Assembly (NCBI GenBank): GCA_905234185.1
Contig: CAJOGC010000005.1
Coordinates: 936 to 64,935 of the forward strand
From: an uncultured Alphaproteobacteria bacterium
GTDB lineage: Bacteria > Pseudomonadota > Alphaproteobacteria > Rs-D84
Direction: 5' to 3'
DNA length: 64,000 bases
Shown here: positions 19,801 through 28,952 of the stretch, in pieces
How positions within the stretch are numbered: the first letter of the stretch is position 1
How the letters are laid out: the number at the start of each line of letters is the position of its first letter
Position numbers and translations under genes: made by a program
Notes under the pieces: model-generated
Told to the model about the DNA's origin: nothing
Seen by the model: the letters and a program-made list of their open reading frames with translations, nothing else
Databases searched by the model: none

Positions 19801-20313
19801 TTGGCAATAAGTTCGTCACTGGAAAGCATTGGCGATCGGAAACAGGTCCAGATTGCCGCAAGTGTGGGTTCTTATTCGCGCCGAAAAACAAAAACCGGAA
19901 AAGAAATGATAACCATTAATGCATCGGACAGTGCCGGGAATATCGAAGCGGTGGCGTTTGGCGATGCGGCCATAGAATTCGCAAAGGTCTTGGAAAACGA
20001 AAGCATTGTTTTAATATCCGGCAAAACATCCGTGCGCGATGATCGTGTGTCTGTGTTTGTTGATTCTATTGTGCCTTTGGCCCAGTGGGTGGCGAAAATC
20101 GCCAGAAAAATGACACTGGATATTTCGAATGCTCGCGTTTTGCCGAATGTAAAAAAATCGCTGGCCAGTTTGCCACGCGGCGTGACATTGGTTGAATTGA
20201 ACCTGCATTCGGGTGACGCCATAACCAAAATAAGATTGAATGGTGGCGTTGAACTAGGCGTCACAACAACCGCGGATATGACCGCATTGGGAATACGGGT
20301 GGGAATAGAATAA
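16855..20313 (+). CDS. dnaE: DNA polymerase III alpha subunit
   Basis: 1152 aa. PHP N-terminus (FVHLHTHT), polymerase core, OB fold. TAATG overlap with rsmH. Confidence 0.93.
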   Translation: MVSHMTGQFVHLHTHTRLSIGASTLMIQAGKKAPPEIAAKTIPAMCISDGMTACALTDTNLMSGCAEFSDALPAKHIQPIIGVEISLNQHTADPKILRESSLSKIVLLAQNHDGYLNLCELSRIMYMRGENHHLGPYITFDELQSHSGGIICLSGAHNGPLGMAICNNQDALAYTYAHRLLDMFGDRFYIEIQRHGLENEIKTEPVFLEIAKELNIPIVATNDVCFATKNDYEAADALSCILGQTKIIDPNRPRKSSEQYFKTTAEMVELFSDLPEAIENTVAIANRCGFMVNIHEKPLLPRFGADFDAECQMLRDNTMSGLARRLKEHKIKDTKPYYDQAEFELGVIDGMGFPGYFLIVAEYINWCRNNDILTGPGRGSGAGSIIAWALGITHVDPLKYGLLFERFLNPDRISMPDFDVDFEPEGIETVLKHVCDKYGAESVCRIITFGGLKAKGAIRDVGRVYGMPYSKTDRFTKLIPDDAKTLKGAVDESSEIRGILDSDDDMKKVVKIAEELEGSFRNLGQHACGVVIGDRPTTQIAPVYRDPSNPLPSSQYDGHYLEATGLIKFDFLGLETLVVLKNAIKLIQKTRGINVNLDTIPTDDKRTIELWQNGFTEGIFQFDAPFVKQTLRKMRPTHFLEISALNALNRPGPIQYIPQFIARMHGEEPIEYVHPLAEPILKETYGIIVYQEQVMLLTRALADFTRGQSDTVRKAMGKKKLDLLAELEVKFLEGCEKKGTLNTDQAKDLWEKFKKFAEYAFNKSHAIAYSIVANQCAYLKANYTPEFLAAAMSSELNATDKLILLIDDAKTNFGIQIVPPDINESESLFTVRDGKILYGLAAIKGVGVAATDMIVRERIEHGRFRNLTDFAKRCAPFMNKRILEAFARTGVLDSLEPNRALIFMNADAILSYASKSKDDANSLSLFANTIEDDVSEDRLHKNLAKTTAWNFSRRLENELSALGFYISAHPLDQYKHLIVRAGLAISSSLESIGDRKQVQIAASVGSYSRRKTKTGKEMITINASDSAGNIEAVAFGDAAIEFAKVLENESIVLISGKTSVRDDRVSVFVDSIVPLAQWVAKIARKMTLDISNARVLPNVKKSLASLPRGVTLVELNLHSGDAITKIRLNGGVELGVTTTADMTALGIRVGIE

Positions 20314-21158
20314 TGAAACATATTCCTGTTCTTTTAGATGCCGTAATGGCCGCCATGGGGGATATTCGTGGGCGGAGTGTGGTTGACTGCACATTTGGTG
20401 CCGGTGGCTATTCCCGTGCATTTCTGGATGCGGGGGCTAATGTTGTTGCGTTTGATCGTGACCCAAATGTTATTGCCGATGCCGAAAATCTGTGCAAAGA
20501 ATACGGCAACAGGTTCCGGTTTATCCCCGAAACATTTTCACATCTGGGCGATTTAGACGAATCTTTTGACGCTATTGTATTTGACCTTGGTATTTCATCG
20601 ATGCAGATTGATATTCCCGAACGCGGTTTTTCATTTCGCGCGGACGCACCATTAGACATGCGAATGTCTGGGACCGGATTGACCGCCGCGGAAATGCTGC
20701 AAAAAATATCGGCAAATGAATTGACACGCATATTGCGCGAATATGGCGACATAAAAAAAGCAAATGTATTGGCGCGGGCAATCCTGGGAAAAATGCCCAA
20801 AACAACTTTTGAATTGCGTGATTTGATTTTCAATCCGCGCGATGTCGCACCGGTATTCCAGGCACTGCGTATTGCCGTGAACGACGAAATGGGCGAATTA
20901 GAACGCGCACTGGCCAATGTGCCGTCACGACTAAAATCCTGTGGAAAGTGCATCTGTGTGACCTTCCATTCGATAGAAGACAGAATAGTTAAAAACACTT
21001 TTCGTGATTGGACAACGACACCTGGCGATCCGCATTTGCCGAACAATCGCCCCGCCCCATTTATCCAAATGCGGGCGACCGTTCCATCGGCCGATGAAAT
21101 AAGTGCTAATCCGCGTGCGCGCAGCGCGCATATGCGTGGCGTTATAAAATCATGTTGA
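20313..21158 (+). CDS. rsmH: 16S rRNA (cytosine1402-N4)-methyltransferase RsmH/MraW
   Basis: 281 aa with SAM-binding motifs (DCTFGAGGYS) characteristic of the family. The dcw-cluster neighbours ftsL and ftsI are absent. Confidence 0.88.
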   Translation: MKHIPVLLDAVMAAMGDIRGRSVVDCTFGAGGYSRAFLDAGANVVAFDRDPNVIADAENLCKEYGNRFRFIPETFSHLGDLDESFDAIVFDLGISSMQIDIPERGFSFRADAPLDMRMSGTGLTAAEMLQKISANELTRILREYGDIKKANVLARAILGKMPKTTFELRDLIFNPRDVAPVFQALRIAVNDEMGELERALANVPSRLKSCGKCICVTFHSIEDRIVKNTFRDWTTTPGDPHLPNNRPAPFIQMRATVPSADEISANPRARSAHMRGVIKSC

Positions 21159-21211
21159 CCGCACAATGGGTAATTGCCTATAATAGCAGGACTTAAGGAA
21201 AGGATTTTTTT

Positions 21212-21718
21212 ATGAAAAAATTATTATTTGGTTTCATTGCGATGATTGTGGCGTCTGGGGTGGCACATGCGTTTTGTCCGGTATGCACTGTCGCGGTCGG
21301 CGCGGGGCTTGAAGGGGCGCGAATCCTTGGGGTATCTGATGTTATAACGGGATTGTGGGCTGGCGGTTTAATGTTGTCTTTGTCTGCATGGACCGCGGGC
21401 TATATGCGTGACCACGGCATTACAAACAGGCTTTTAATTGCATTGAACTATGTGGTGTATTATGGAATATTGGCATTAATATATGTATTGCCGGTGGGCC
21501 ACCCGACACTTCGATTTGACGCAACAACATTATGGGGTGTGGACCAGTTTCTTTTGGGGACCATTATTGGTTCTGTGGTGTTCTTTTTGGCCGGCAAATG
21601 GTATGAACGAATCAAGGCAAACAATGGTGGTCATGCATGGTTTCCATTCCAAAAGGTGGTATGGCCACTGGGTGCATTAATAATAGTCACACTGATTTTT
21701 TGGTTGTTTATCATTTGA
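21212..21718 (+). CDS. Polytopic membrane protein (about 5 TM) with a CPVC motif immediately after the first TM segment
   Basis: Hydrophobicity pattern. CxxC at residues 22-25. It is upstream of and co-oriented with the two Cys-rich secreted-protein genes. Confidence 0.55.
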   Translation: MKKLLFGFIAMIVASGVAHAFCPVCTVAVGAGLEGARILGVSDVITGLWAGGLMLSLSAWTAGYMRDHGITNRLLIALNYVVYYGILALIYVLPVGHPTLRFDATTLWGVDQFLLGTIIGSVVFFLAGKWYERIKANNGGHAWFPFQKVVWPLGALIIVTLIFWLFII

Positions 21719-21820
21719 TTCATAAAATGGGCTTGATTTGTACTGCATATAAATGATAAAATGTGCACAACAGAGAGATGTATTTTGAAGTCTAAACGCA
21801 CTCATTTTTCGGGTTGTTTT

Positions 21821-24085
21821 ATGCTGGTTGCCTTGGTGGCTCTTGGCTTTGATGCCTTTGCTGTTCAGGCACCGAACCCGCGCGGTTCTTCATCGGCACC
21901 TACTTCGACGGCTCGTTCAACCGATTCGGCAAATGTATCGCGTGTTGCCGTTGGACGTTCGGCCGTCCGTTCACCGGCCCGTGGTGCGATTGTATCAACC
22001 GTCACGCGTGGTGGTGCAACTGTGGCACGGGGTGCATCGGGTACGGTGGCACGTGGTTCGACTGCTCGCACGGGGGTGTCCCCTCATAGTGCGCGTTCCG
22101 CGATTGCAATTGACACCTCTCGCGCCGGAACGGCCCGCGCGACCAAGGTGTATAGTGATATATCCAAGATTGGGGGTGGCTATGCCACCTGTCGCGAATC
22201 GTATGCGACATGCATGGATCAATTCTGTGCGAACGCGAACGACACATATCGTCGCTGTTATTGCAGTTCTCGGTTTACCGAATTTCGTAATACCGAAAAC
22301 GCACTGGACGAAGCAAAAACATTGCTGATGCGGTTCGAGGATAATAACCTTAACGCTGTTGACAAAAGCGCCGCCGAAGTTAACGCCATGTACACCGCCA
22401 CGGTGGGCGAAGCCGCGATAAAAAACGATACCAGTGCGGCGGCAAAAATGCTGGACGAAATAAGCGATTTGTTATCCGGGAAAAAGAAAACAACATATTC
22501 ATCGGGGTTGTCCTCGACTTCTCTGGGTGTTCTGTCTTTTGATTTTTCAACAGACATTGACGACATTTGGTCAGATGGGGGCAATTCTATATTTTCCACC
22601 GGACTTAACAGCCAGAATCTGTCGGAACTTGAAGGGGTCAGCCTGTATAACGCCGCGAACAAACAGTGTACTGATATTATGTCTGGCGATTGCGAAAGTT
22701 CGGCTGTGTTTAATATGGCGCGTTCTTCGTACAGTATTATGATTACCCAGGACTGTAACGCTTACCAGGCGAATGTGGATAAGAAAGTCGAATCTGTTAA
22801 ACAAGCCGTCCGTACCGCGGAAAAATATCTGCGCGAGGCACGACTTGCCGAATATCACTCACACAATAATGCCAATGTTAATGAATGTATTACCAAGGTT
22901 CGTACGGCTTTGACGGCCGACACGGCATGTGGTGCAAATTATAAACGTTGTTTGGACTATACCGGTGCTTATATTAATCAGACCACCGGTGATGCGATTT
23001 ATTCACCCCGGCTGTTCCAGTTAACCGATTTAATCAAATTATCCGGCGTCACTGACGGAAAAAGTGACATGGATGTTCTGGCTCAGAATCCAAAGTTTAA
23101 TGATTTCTTGGAATCACGAAAAATATTTGCCAATGCAGCCTTGGATACATGTCGCGACATTGCGTCCACGGTATGGAATGAGTTCAAACGGACCGCATTA
23201 ATAGAAATCGCCCAGGCCCAAGACGAGAAGATTGAAGAAGTCAAAATGTCATGCGTCAGCACCATGGCCGATTGCTATGATACCCAATCTTCGGCACTAA
23301 AGAGTTTTGATGATACAACCGCACAAATGGCGGGGGCAATATCTGCATACGCAGCAAGACAAATGTGTGTAGATAAGGTTTCGGCCTGTGCCGCGTTATA
23401 TGGGAACGATACCCCATGCCAATTTAATAATGATGGGAAATTAGCAAATGCGAGTTCTTGTGGATTAACGGCTTTACTTAAATTCGTTGACACTGTTGAT
23501 ACTGTTCGCATTACCGAAGGTTGTGAAACCGCATTACAAAATTATGCCAAAGAATTATGTACACCAACATCCGGCACGATTGGATATCCATGGAATTGTC
23601 GATTGATGTCTGCCAAAGAAATTCAAAACAATTTGACCACAATGGCGGGTACATATTGTGATTTGGGTTCGAACGCCAATATGTCTGTCAACACCGAAAC
23701 TATCATAGATGCTTTGGTAAGCGATATATCAATGCAACTTGCCGATGCCATGATGGACCAATGCCAGGCATTGGGCGGATTGTGGATAGAAGGAAACGGC
23801 TTCATCCCGAATAATTACAACGAACTAAAAGTCTATTACAGCACAGTGTACGGCAACAATCAAACATATGTCGAAAACAGCAGATTATATGGCCGTTGCA
23901 TTGAAAGTACAACTCGTGTTCTATGCGAAGCGTATAATACAGATAATGATACAAAAACAACATTGACAACATATGATGCACTTAGAGACACATGTAATTT
24001 TAGTCAGGCATGGTATGAAAAGAAATGCACCGAAGAACTTGGTGGTGTTTGGGAAAATTCAACCTGCTATATTACGGAAGAGTAA
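21821..24085 (+). CDS. Large secreted cysteine-rich protein (about 750 aa) with an N-terminal Arg/Ala/Ser/Thr/Val-rich low-complexity region
   Basis: Signal peptide MLVALVALGFDAFA. About 35 Cys. The N-terminal ~300 nt are locally GC-rich with many overlapping spurious ORFs. The start could also be ATG at 21761. Confidence 0.6.
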   Translation: MLVALVALGFDAFAVQAPNPRGSSSAPTSTARSTDSANVSRVAVGRSAVRSPARGAIVSTVTRGGATVARGASGTVARGSTARTGVSPHSARSAIAIDTSRAGTARATKVYSDISKIGGGYATCRESYATCMDQFCANANDTYRRCYCSSRFTEFRNTENALDEAKTLLMRFEDNNLNAVDKSAAEVNAMYTATVGEAAIKNDTSAAAKMLDEISDLLSGKKKTTYSSGLSSTSLGVLSFDFSTDIDDIWSDGGNSIFSTGLNSQNLSELEGVSLYNAANKQCTDIMSGDCESSAVFNMARSSYSIMITQDCNAYQANVDKKVESVKQAVRTAEKYLREARLAEYHSHNNANVNECITKVRTALTADTACGANYKRCLDYTGAYINQTTGDAIYSPRLFQLTDLIKLSGVTDGKSDMDVLAQNPKFNDFLESRKIFANAALDTCRDIASTVWNEFKRTALIEIAQAQDEKIEEVKMSCVSTMADCYDTQSSALKSFDDTTAQMAGAISAYAARQMCVDKVSACAALYGNDTPCQFNNDGKLANASSCGLTALLKFVDTVDTVRITEGCETALQNYAKELCTPTSGTIGYPWNCRLMSAKEIQNNLTTMAGTYCDLGSNANMSVNTETIIDALVSDISMQLADAMMDQCQALGGLWIEGNGFIPNNYNELKVYYSTVYGNNQTYVENSRLYGRCIESTTRVLCEAYNTDNDTKTTLTTYDALRDTCNFSQAWYEKKCTEELGGVWENSTCYITEE

Positions 24086-24088
24086 AAA

Positions 24089-24943
24089 ATGAAGAAGTAT
24101 TTGACATTCATTTTATTTGCAATAACGACAACAACCGCAAATGCCGGATGGAATGGGGATTTTGTTGGTTGTGCAATGTTCACAAGGCTTTTTGGACTTG
24201 ATGATTATTATTTTTGTGGTGCCCACGAAGCGAAATGTGCGAACGATTGGGCGGAAGAAGTTGAATTAAATAAATCTGTTAAATGGTTTAAAGATGGCGA
24301 CCAACAGGAATTGGGTGACGACCATAAACGTTATTACTGTTGCTTTGGGGAAGTGAAAAGCAAACCAACCCAGAAAAAAGGTAGTGCCACCGGAACACCA
24401 GGAAAATGGGTTCGCGCGGATGATTGGTATAAAGTAGAACCAAAAACAATAAGTATTAATGGGGGGACTTGTTCGTATACTGAAAAAACCGATGTATGTG
24501 GTCGTGTCACAAATGATAAAGAAGAAGTATGTAAAGAACAACTTGAAAAAAATATTACTTGTCCTGAGGGGCAATACTTTCGCGAATCAAGTCAATCGTG
24601 TGCAACACTGTGTGAAACTGGTTATGCATATGAGTCTGCGAAATCTAACAACTGTGTCGAATGTCCGGAAACAAATACCCAGGGTGTTGTTGATGATGGA
24701 TATGACAAAAATTATAAATTTGGGTATCCAGTGGAACCCGCGCACAGAATATGTCGCAAGTGCGATGCCAACAGTTTCTTTGACACAAATACAAAACAGT
24801 GTGTCCAGAAGGTGAGTTTGAAAAATTTATCGCCGGTTGATTTGCAATACGGCAGAAATGCCAATACCAGGGACAAGAAAGTTATGGACCAGTGCTGGAC
24901 AAAATACGGCGAAGATTACAAGAAGTGCGTGTTAAACCAATAA
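24089..24943 (+). CDS. Secreted cysteine-rich protein (284 aa, 18 Cys) with EGF/TNFR-like Cys spacing
   Basis: Signal peptide MKKYLTFILFAITTTTANA. Motif CPEGQYFRESSQSCATLCETGY…NNCVECPETNTQG. There is a 4-nt gap after the preceding gene, and a terminator at 24945..24971. Confidence 0.6.
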   Translation: MKKYLTFILFAITTTTANAGWNGDFVGCAMFTRLFGLDDYYFCGAHEAKCANDWAEEVELNKSVKWFKDGDQQELGDDHKRYYCCFGEVKSKPTQKKGSATGTPGKWVRADDWYKVEPKTISINGGTCSYTEKTDVCGRVTNDKEEVCKEQLEKNITCPEGQYFRESSQSCATLCETGYAYESAKSNNCVECPETNTQGVVDDGYDKNYKFGYPVEPAHRICRKCDANSFFDTNTKQCVQKVSLKNLSPVDLQYGRNANTRDKKVMDQCWTKYGEDYKKCVLNQ

Positions 24944-24944
24944 C

Positions 24945-24971
24945 AAAAACCGCCATTTTGGCGGTTTTTTG
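24945..24971 (+). terminator. Rho-independent terminator (CCGCCATTTTGGCGG + T6)
   Basis: Hairpin plus T-run directly after the stop. Confidence 0.7.
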
Positions 24972-25026
24972 ATTCTAAAACATCACAACAAACTGACAGA
25001 TAATAGATATAAAAATCCAGCGTCCC

Positions 25027-25440
25027 CTATTCTACACCATTCAGGGTTTTCAACATTTTCAATATCATGTCGCGTTGATCATCGTTCGGTAATTTCCAAA
25101 ACAACCTTATTAACTGTAATGTTTCGTTTTTCGATAATGGATCATCGTCTGATTGGTCCGCGACCCGCGCACGACGTCCAGAACGGGTTTCTTCGGGTGG
25201 ATTACCGGGCAACCCCAGAAAGAAAAATGATACGGGGGTTTCCATGGCGGTACTTATCTCGAACAAGCGCGATGCAGATATACGATTCCCCGCCGTTTCA
25301 TATTTTTGTATTTGCTGAAAAGATATTCCACATACATTGGCCAAATCTTTCTGGGACAGCCCCAACATAACGCGTCGCAGTTGCATGCGTTGACCAATAT
25401 GTTCATCCACCGATGTTATTGTCACTTTTCTTCCGGCCAT
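25027..25440 (-). CDS. XRE-family (Cro/C1-type HTH) transcriptional regulator
   Basis: HTH sequence GQRMQLRRVMLGLSQKDLANVCGISFQQIQKYETAGNRIS. Start chosen at MAGRK (RBS GGGGAA). Confidence 0.7.
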   Translation of the reverse strand: MAGRKVTITSVDEHIGQRMQLRRVMLGLSQKDLANVCGISFQQIQKYETAGNRISASRLFEISTAMETPVSFFFLGLPGNPPEETRSGRRARVADQSDDDPLSKNETLQLIRLFWKLPNDDQRDMILKMLKTLNGVE

Positions 25441-25569
25441 TTTTTCCCCGATCTGTTTTTGTTTACGAAATATTCCCTTTACACACCATAATATACAATT
25501 TTTGTTTTTATTTTGCAATCAAAAAACATATGTGATACCATGCATAATGTAGATTTTTATGAGGGAATT

Positions 25570-27042
25570 ATGGCAAAACCGCTTGTTTTATGTATTATGG
25601 ATGGGGTCGGCATTTCAAACGCGCGCGAACATAACGCGGTGGCGTTGGCAAAAATGCCCTATTTTGATTCTTTGATAAAAAAATATCCACATTCACGGTT
25701 AAATGCATCTGGTGCGGCGGTCGGGTTGCCCGACGGTATTATGGGTAATAGCGAGGTTGGCCACATAACCATCGGTTCGGGGCGTGTGGTAAATCACTTT
25801 TTACGTCGTTTTGAAATGGCGGATTGGGCCAAGAATAAAAACCTGAACAATTTTATATCGCGTGTGAATCGGCATGGTGGCGTTGTTCATATTGCGGGTT
25901 TAATGTCGGACGGTGATGTACATTCTGATTTGTACGAAATAATCGCTATTACGAAATATATTATGGATGCAGGATTACGGGTGTATATTCATTTTATTAC
26001 CGATGGTCGCGACACCCCACCACACAGCGCGAAAAAATATTTATATAAAATAAAGCGCGAACTGGCGGACTATTTTGTAAATAATCAATTAATGTGGGGA
26101 ACTGTTTCTGGGCGTTATTACGCAATGGACCGGAATAACAATAACGATCGCACCGAATTGGCATTTGATGCAATCGCAAACGCGTCTGCTGAATATCATG
26201 CACCAACGGTCGAAATGGCAATCGATGGCGCATATGCCCGTGGCGAAAGTGACGAATTTATCAAACCAACAATTATCAATGGCGATAAACCTATTACTAA
26301 AAATGATGGTTTTGTATTTGGAAACTATCGTTCCGATCGGGCGCGACAAATCGTTCGCGCGATGCTGGGGGTCGGTTGCGAAATGCTGTGCTTTTCGCAA
26401 TATGGCGAAGGGCTGGACGAACACTGCCCCGCATTGTTGGACGATATTGATGTGCCAAATACACTGGGCGATTTATTGGCGAAACATGGGTTATCACAAT
26501 TACGTATTGCCGAAACAGAAAAGTATAATCATGTGACCTATTTCATGGATGCCGAACGAAATATAGATTTCCCACACAGTAAAAAGATTCTTGTTCCGTC
26601 GCCCGATGTTGCAACATTTGACATGAAACCGGAAATGAGTGCGATAAAAATCACAGATAAACTTATTCCACAACTGGGCAAATATGATGTCGTGATATTG
26701 AACTATGCCAATGGTGATATGGTCGGTCATACTGGAAACGAAAAAGCAACAATAAAGGCAATGGAAGTATTGGACGAACAATTAGCACGACTTGTTCCGG
26801 CGGTATTGAAATTGGGTGGCGAATTGCTGATTACCGCCGATCATGGTAATGCGGAACAAATGTGGGACGATGAACACAATGCACCGCACACCGCACACAC
26901 AACAAATCCTGTTAATTTGATTTATGTTGCCAATGATGCAAAACCGCTGCGTAACGGTGGATTGGCCGACATTGTACCAACAATGTTAAAACTTTTGGGA
27001 ATTCCGCAACCGGCGGAAATGACGGGACATGCCCTATTCTGA
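25570..27042 (+). CDS. gpmI: 2,3-bisphosphoglycerate-independent phosphoglycerate mutase
   Basis: About 490 aa with iPGM motifs (…LCIMDGVG…, …SDGDVHS…, …ITADHGN…). Confidence 0.9.
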   Translation: MAKPLVLCIMDGVGISNAREHNAVALAKMPYFDSLIKKYPHSRLNASGAAVGLPDGIMGNSEVGHITIGSGRVVNHFLRRFEMADWAKNKNLNNFISRVNRHGGVVHIAGLMSDGDVHSDLYEIIAITKYIMDAGLRVYIHFITDGRDTPPHSAKKYLYKIKRELADYFVNNQLMWGTVSGRYYAMDRNNNNDRTELAFDAIANASAEYHAPTVEMAIDGAYARGESDEFIKPTIINGDKPITKNDGFVFGNYRSDRARQIVRAMLGVGCEMLCFSQYGEGLDEHCPALLDDIDVPNTLGDLLAKHGLSQLRIAETEKYNHVTYFMDAERNIDFPHSKKILVPSPDVATFDMKPEMSAIKITDKLIPQLGKYDVVILNYANGDMVGHTGNEKATIKAMEVLDEQLARLVPAVLKLGGELLITADHGNAEQMWDDEHNAPHTAHTTNPVNLIYVANDAKPLRNGGLADIVPTMLKLLGIPQPAEMTGHALF

Positions 27043-27486
27043 CTTTTTACGACGCGCAGCAAAAAACGAGCGTAATAATTGCGCACTTTCGTCCGCATAT
27101 TCGGGCAACTGACGCACAGTGGGCAACCAAAGGTGTTTATCCGTGTCATATACCCGTGCGTTGGACAAAATACCCCCGCCCTTTTCATCGGTTGCTGCAA
27201 AGAAAACATTTTGAATCCGCGCAAACGATATTGCCGTTGCACACATAGCACACGGCTCCAGCGACACATAGATATCACAATCGTCCAGGAATTTTGTTCC
27301 CAGTTTCTTGCAAGCGCGGTTAATTGCGACTATTTCCGCATGTAATGTCGGATTTTTCTTTTTCTGGACCATGTTTTCGCCACGGGCAATGATTTTACCA
27401 GAACGCACAATAACCGCGCCGATTGGGACATCATCGTGTTTATATGCGCGCCGTGCCGAAATTAATGCTTGCTTCATAAAACTCAT
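27034..27486 (-). CDS. tadA: tRNA-specific adenosine deaminase
   Basis: CDA motifs HAEIVAI and PCAMCA. 150 aa. Confidence 0.88.
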   Translation of the reverse strand: MSFMKQALISARRAYKHDDVPIGAVIVRSGKIIARGENMVQKKKNPTLHAEIVAINRACKKLGTKFLDDCDIYVSLEPCAMCATAISFARIQNVFFAATDEKGGGILSNARVYDTDKHLWLPTVRQLPEYADESAQLLRSFFAARRKKSE

Positions 27487-27503
27487 GAATTACACTGTAA
27501 TAC

Positions 27504-28061
27504 ATGGAATCTAAATTGCAAATCATTTCTGGAACATATCGTGGGCGAAAATTGACACTGCCACGCGGGGCGCGCCCAACCCAGAATCGCGCACGAATTG
27601 CGCTGTTTAATATGCTGGAATCTGGAATCATTGCCCCAAGCGCAAAAATGATTGTTTGGGATGCGTTTGCGGGATCTGGCGCGTTCGGAATTGAATGTAT
27701 TTCCAGATATGATGCAAGTGCCATATTTACAGACACCGCCCCGGAATCTATTGCCGCGATCCGCAAAAATATTACAGCGATTTCTGGGGACAATCGGTCG
27801 AAAATTGTACAAAATGATGCCATCGGCGCGATATCACAATTTGCCCCAAGGGCCAACATTGTATTTGTTGATGCACCATATGATGCCGCGGAATTGGGGC
27901 GTGCGTTTGTAAACAAATTGGGGCGTGTGGCAAAACCCGGCACTATATTAATCTGGGAACAGGAATCCACAAATTCCATTGAACCGAACCCGGAAACCTG
28001 GAACATACTGCGTGATAAAACATATGGTCGGGCCCGGTTTCTGATTTTATCGCGAAAATAA
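27504..28061 (+). CDS. rsmD: 16S rRNA (guanine966-N2)-methyltransferase RsmD
   Basis: 185 aa with motifs DAFAGSGAFGIE and VFVDAPY. Confidence 0.8.
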   Translation: MESKLQIISGTYRGRKLTLPRGARPTQNRARIALFNMLESGIIAPSAKMIVWDAFAGSGAFGIECISRYDASAIFTDTAPESIAAIRKNITAISGDNRSKIVQNDAIGAISQFAPRANIVFVDAPYDAAELGRAFVNKLGRVAKPGTILIWEQESTNSIEPNPETWNILRDKTYGRARFLILSRK

Positions 28062-28164
28062 TTAAAATTCCCTTGATTTTCCAGATATTTTGATAAATAA
28101 TATGCCCCGCACGGCACCCTTGGAGGCCGCGCATAGTTTAACCAGAGCTATAAAAGGATTTAAA

Positions 28165-28821
28165 ATGGCTATTGAAATAAGTGCAGAAATTCGCAATGTT
28201 GCCGGCAAGGGGGCCGCACGTAGCATCCGCAAAAACAGCAATGTTCCGGCGGTTATTTACGGTGAAAAGAAAGCCCCAGTTGCAATCGAATTGAACGGTC
28301 GCGACTTTGACATGTTGTTGAAAACACCGGCTTTGCGGACAAAATTATTTAATATTAAAACCAAAGATGGTGTCGAAGATGCCATGTTGATGGATGTTCA
28401 GTATCATCCGGTTTCCGATCGTGTTATCCACGCGGACTTTAAACGCATTAATGTCAAAGAACCGGTTAATGTGGTCGTTCCGGTCGAAGTTATCAATGTC
28501 GAAACATCCCGCGGAATTAAGGTTGGCGGTGTTCTGAACTTCGCTGTGCGTAAGGTTGCCCTGCGCGGTTTGGTCCAAGATATCCCAGAAAAAATCACAA
28601 TCGATTTGACCAATTTGGGCATTGGTGAAACAGTCCATGGTTCCGATTTGGTATTGCCAAACGGTATTGAATTGGGCTTGCACCAGGCGGAATTGGCGTT
28701 CGCAACAATTGGTGGTAAAATGGCCGAAGAAACAGATAACAAGGCCGCCACTGCCGCAGCCACTGCTAATGCAGCAGCCGCGCCGGCCGCTGCGACCGCC
28801 GCGCCAGCCGCCAAGAAATAA
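28165..28821 (+). CDS. rplY: 50S ribosomal protein L25/Ctc with a C-terminal Ala-rich tail (…AATAAATANAAAAPAAATAAPAAKK)
   Basis: L25 N-domain (…AEIRNVAGKGAARSIRKN…PAVIYG…) followed by the Ctc beta-domain. Confidence 0.85.
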   Translation: MAIEISAEIRNVAGKGAARSIRKNSNVPAVIYGEKKAPVAIELNGRDFDMLLKTPALRTKLFNIKTKDGVEDAMLMDVQYHPVSDRVIHADFKRINVKEPVNVVVPVEVINVETSRGIKVGGVLNFAVRKVALRGLVQDIPEKITIDLTNLGIGETVHGSDLVLPNGIELGLHQAELAFATIGGKMAEETDNKAATAAATANAAAAPAAATAAPAAKK

Positions 28822-28840
28822 TTTATACATTATTTCATAT

Positions 28841-28871
28841 AAAACCGCCCAAACGGGCGGTTTTGTTTTGA
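28841..28871 (+). terminator. Rho-independent terminator (CCGCCCAAACGGGCGG + T-run)
   Basis: Hairpin plus TTTTGTTTTG. Confidence 0.7.
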
Positions 28872-28886
28872 TATTTTTATTCCCAT

Positions 28887-28920
28887 ATACTTGAAATCAA
28901 TTTTTGATTAACTATATCTG
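28887..28920 (+). promoter_or_regulatory. Possible heat-shock (sigma-32-like) promoter upstream of dnaK (CTTGAAA … CTATATCT)
   Basis: CTTGAAA matches the sigma-32 -35 consensus. The -10 region matches only weakly. Confidence 0.3.
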
Positions 28921-28952
28921 TCATAACCAGAAATTCATAAGGAGTGAAAATT

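Noticed and set aside
21828-22328. Cluster of overlapping ORFs on both strands (21828..22328+, 21865..22071-, 21995..22222-, 22002..22247-)
   Set aside because: They are a product of the locally GC-rich, stop-poor region that encodes the low-complexity N-terminus of the large secreted protein. Only the long frame with the signal peptide is credible.
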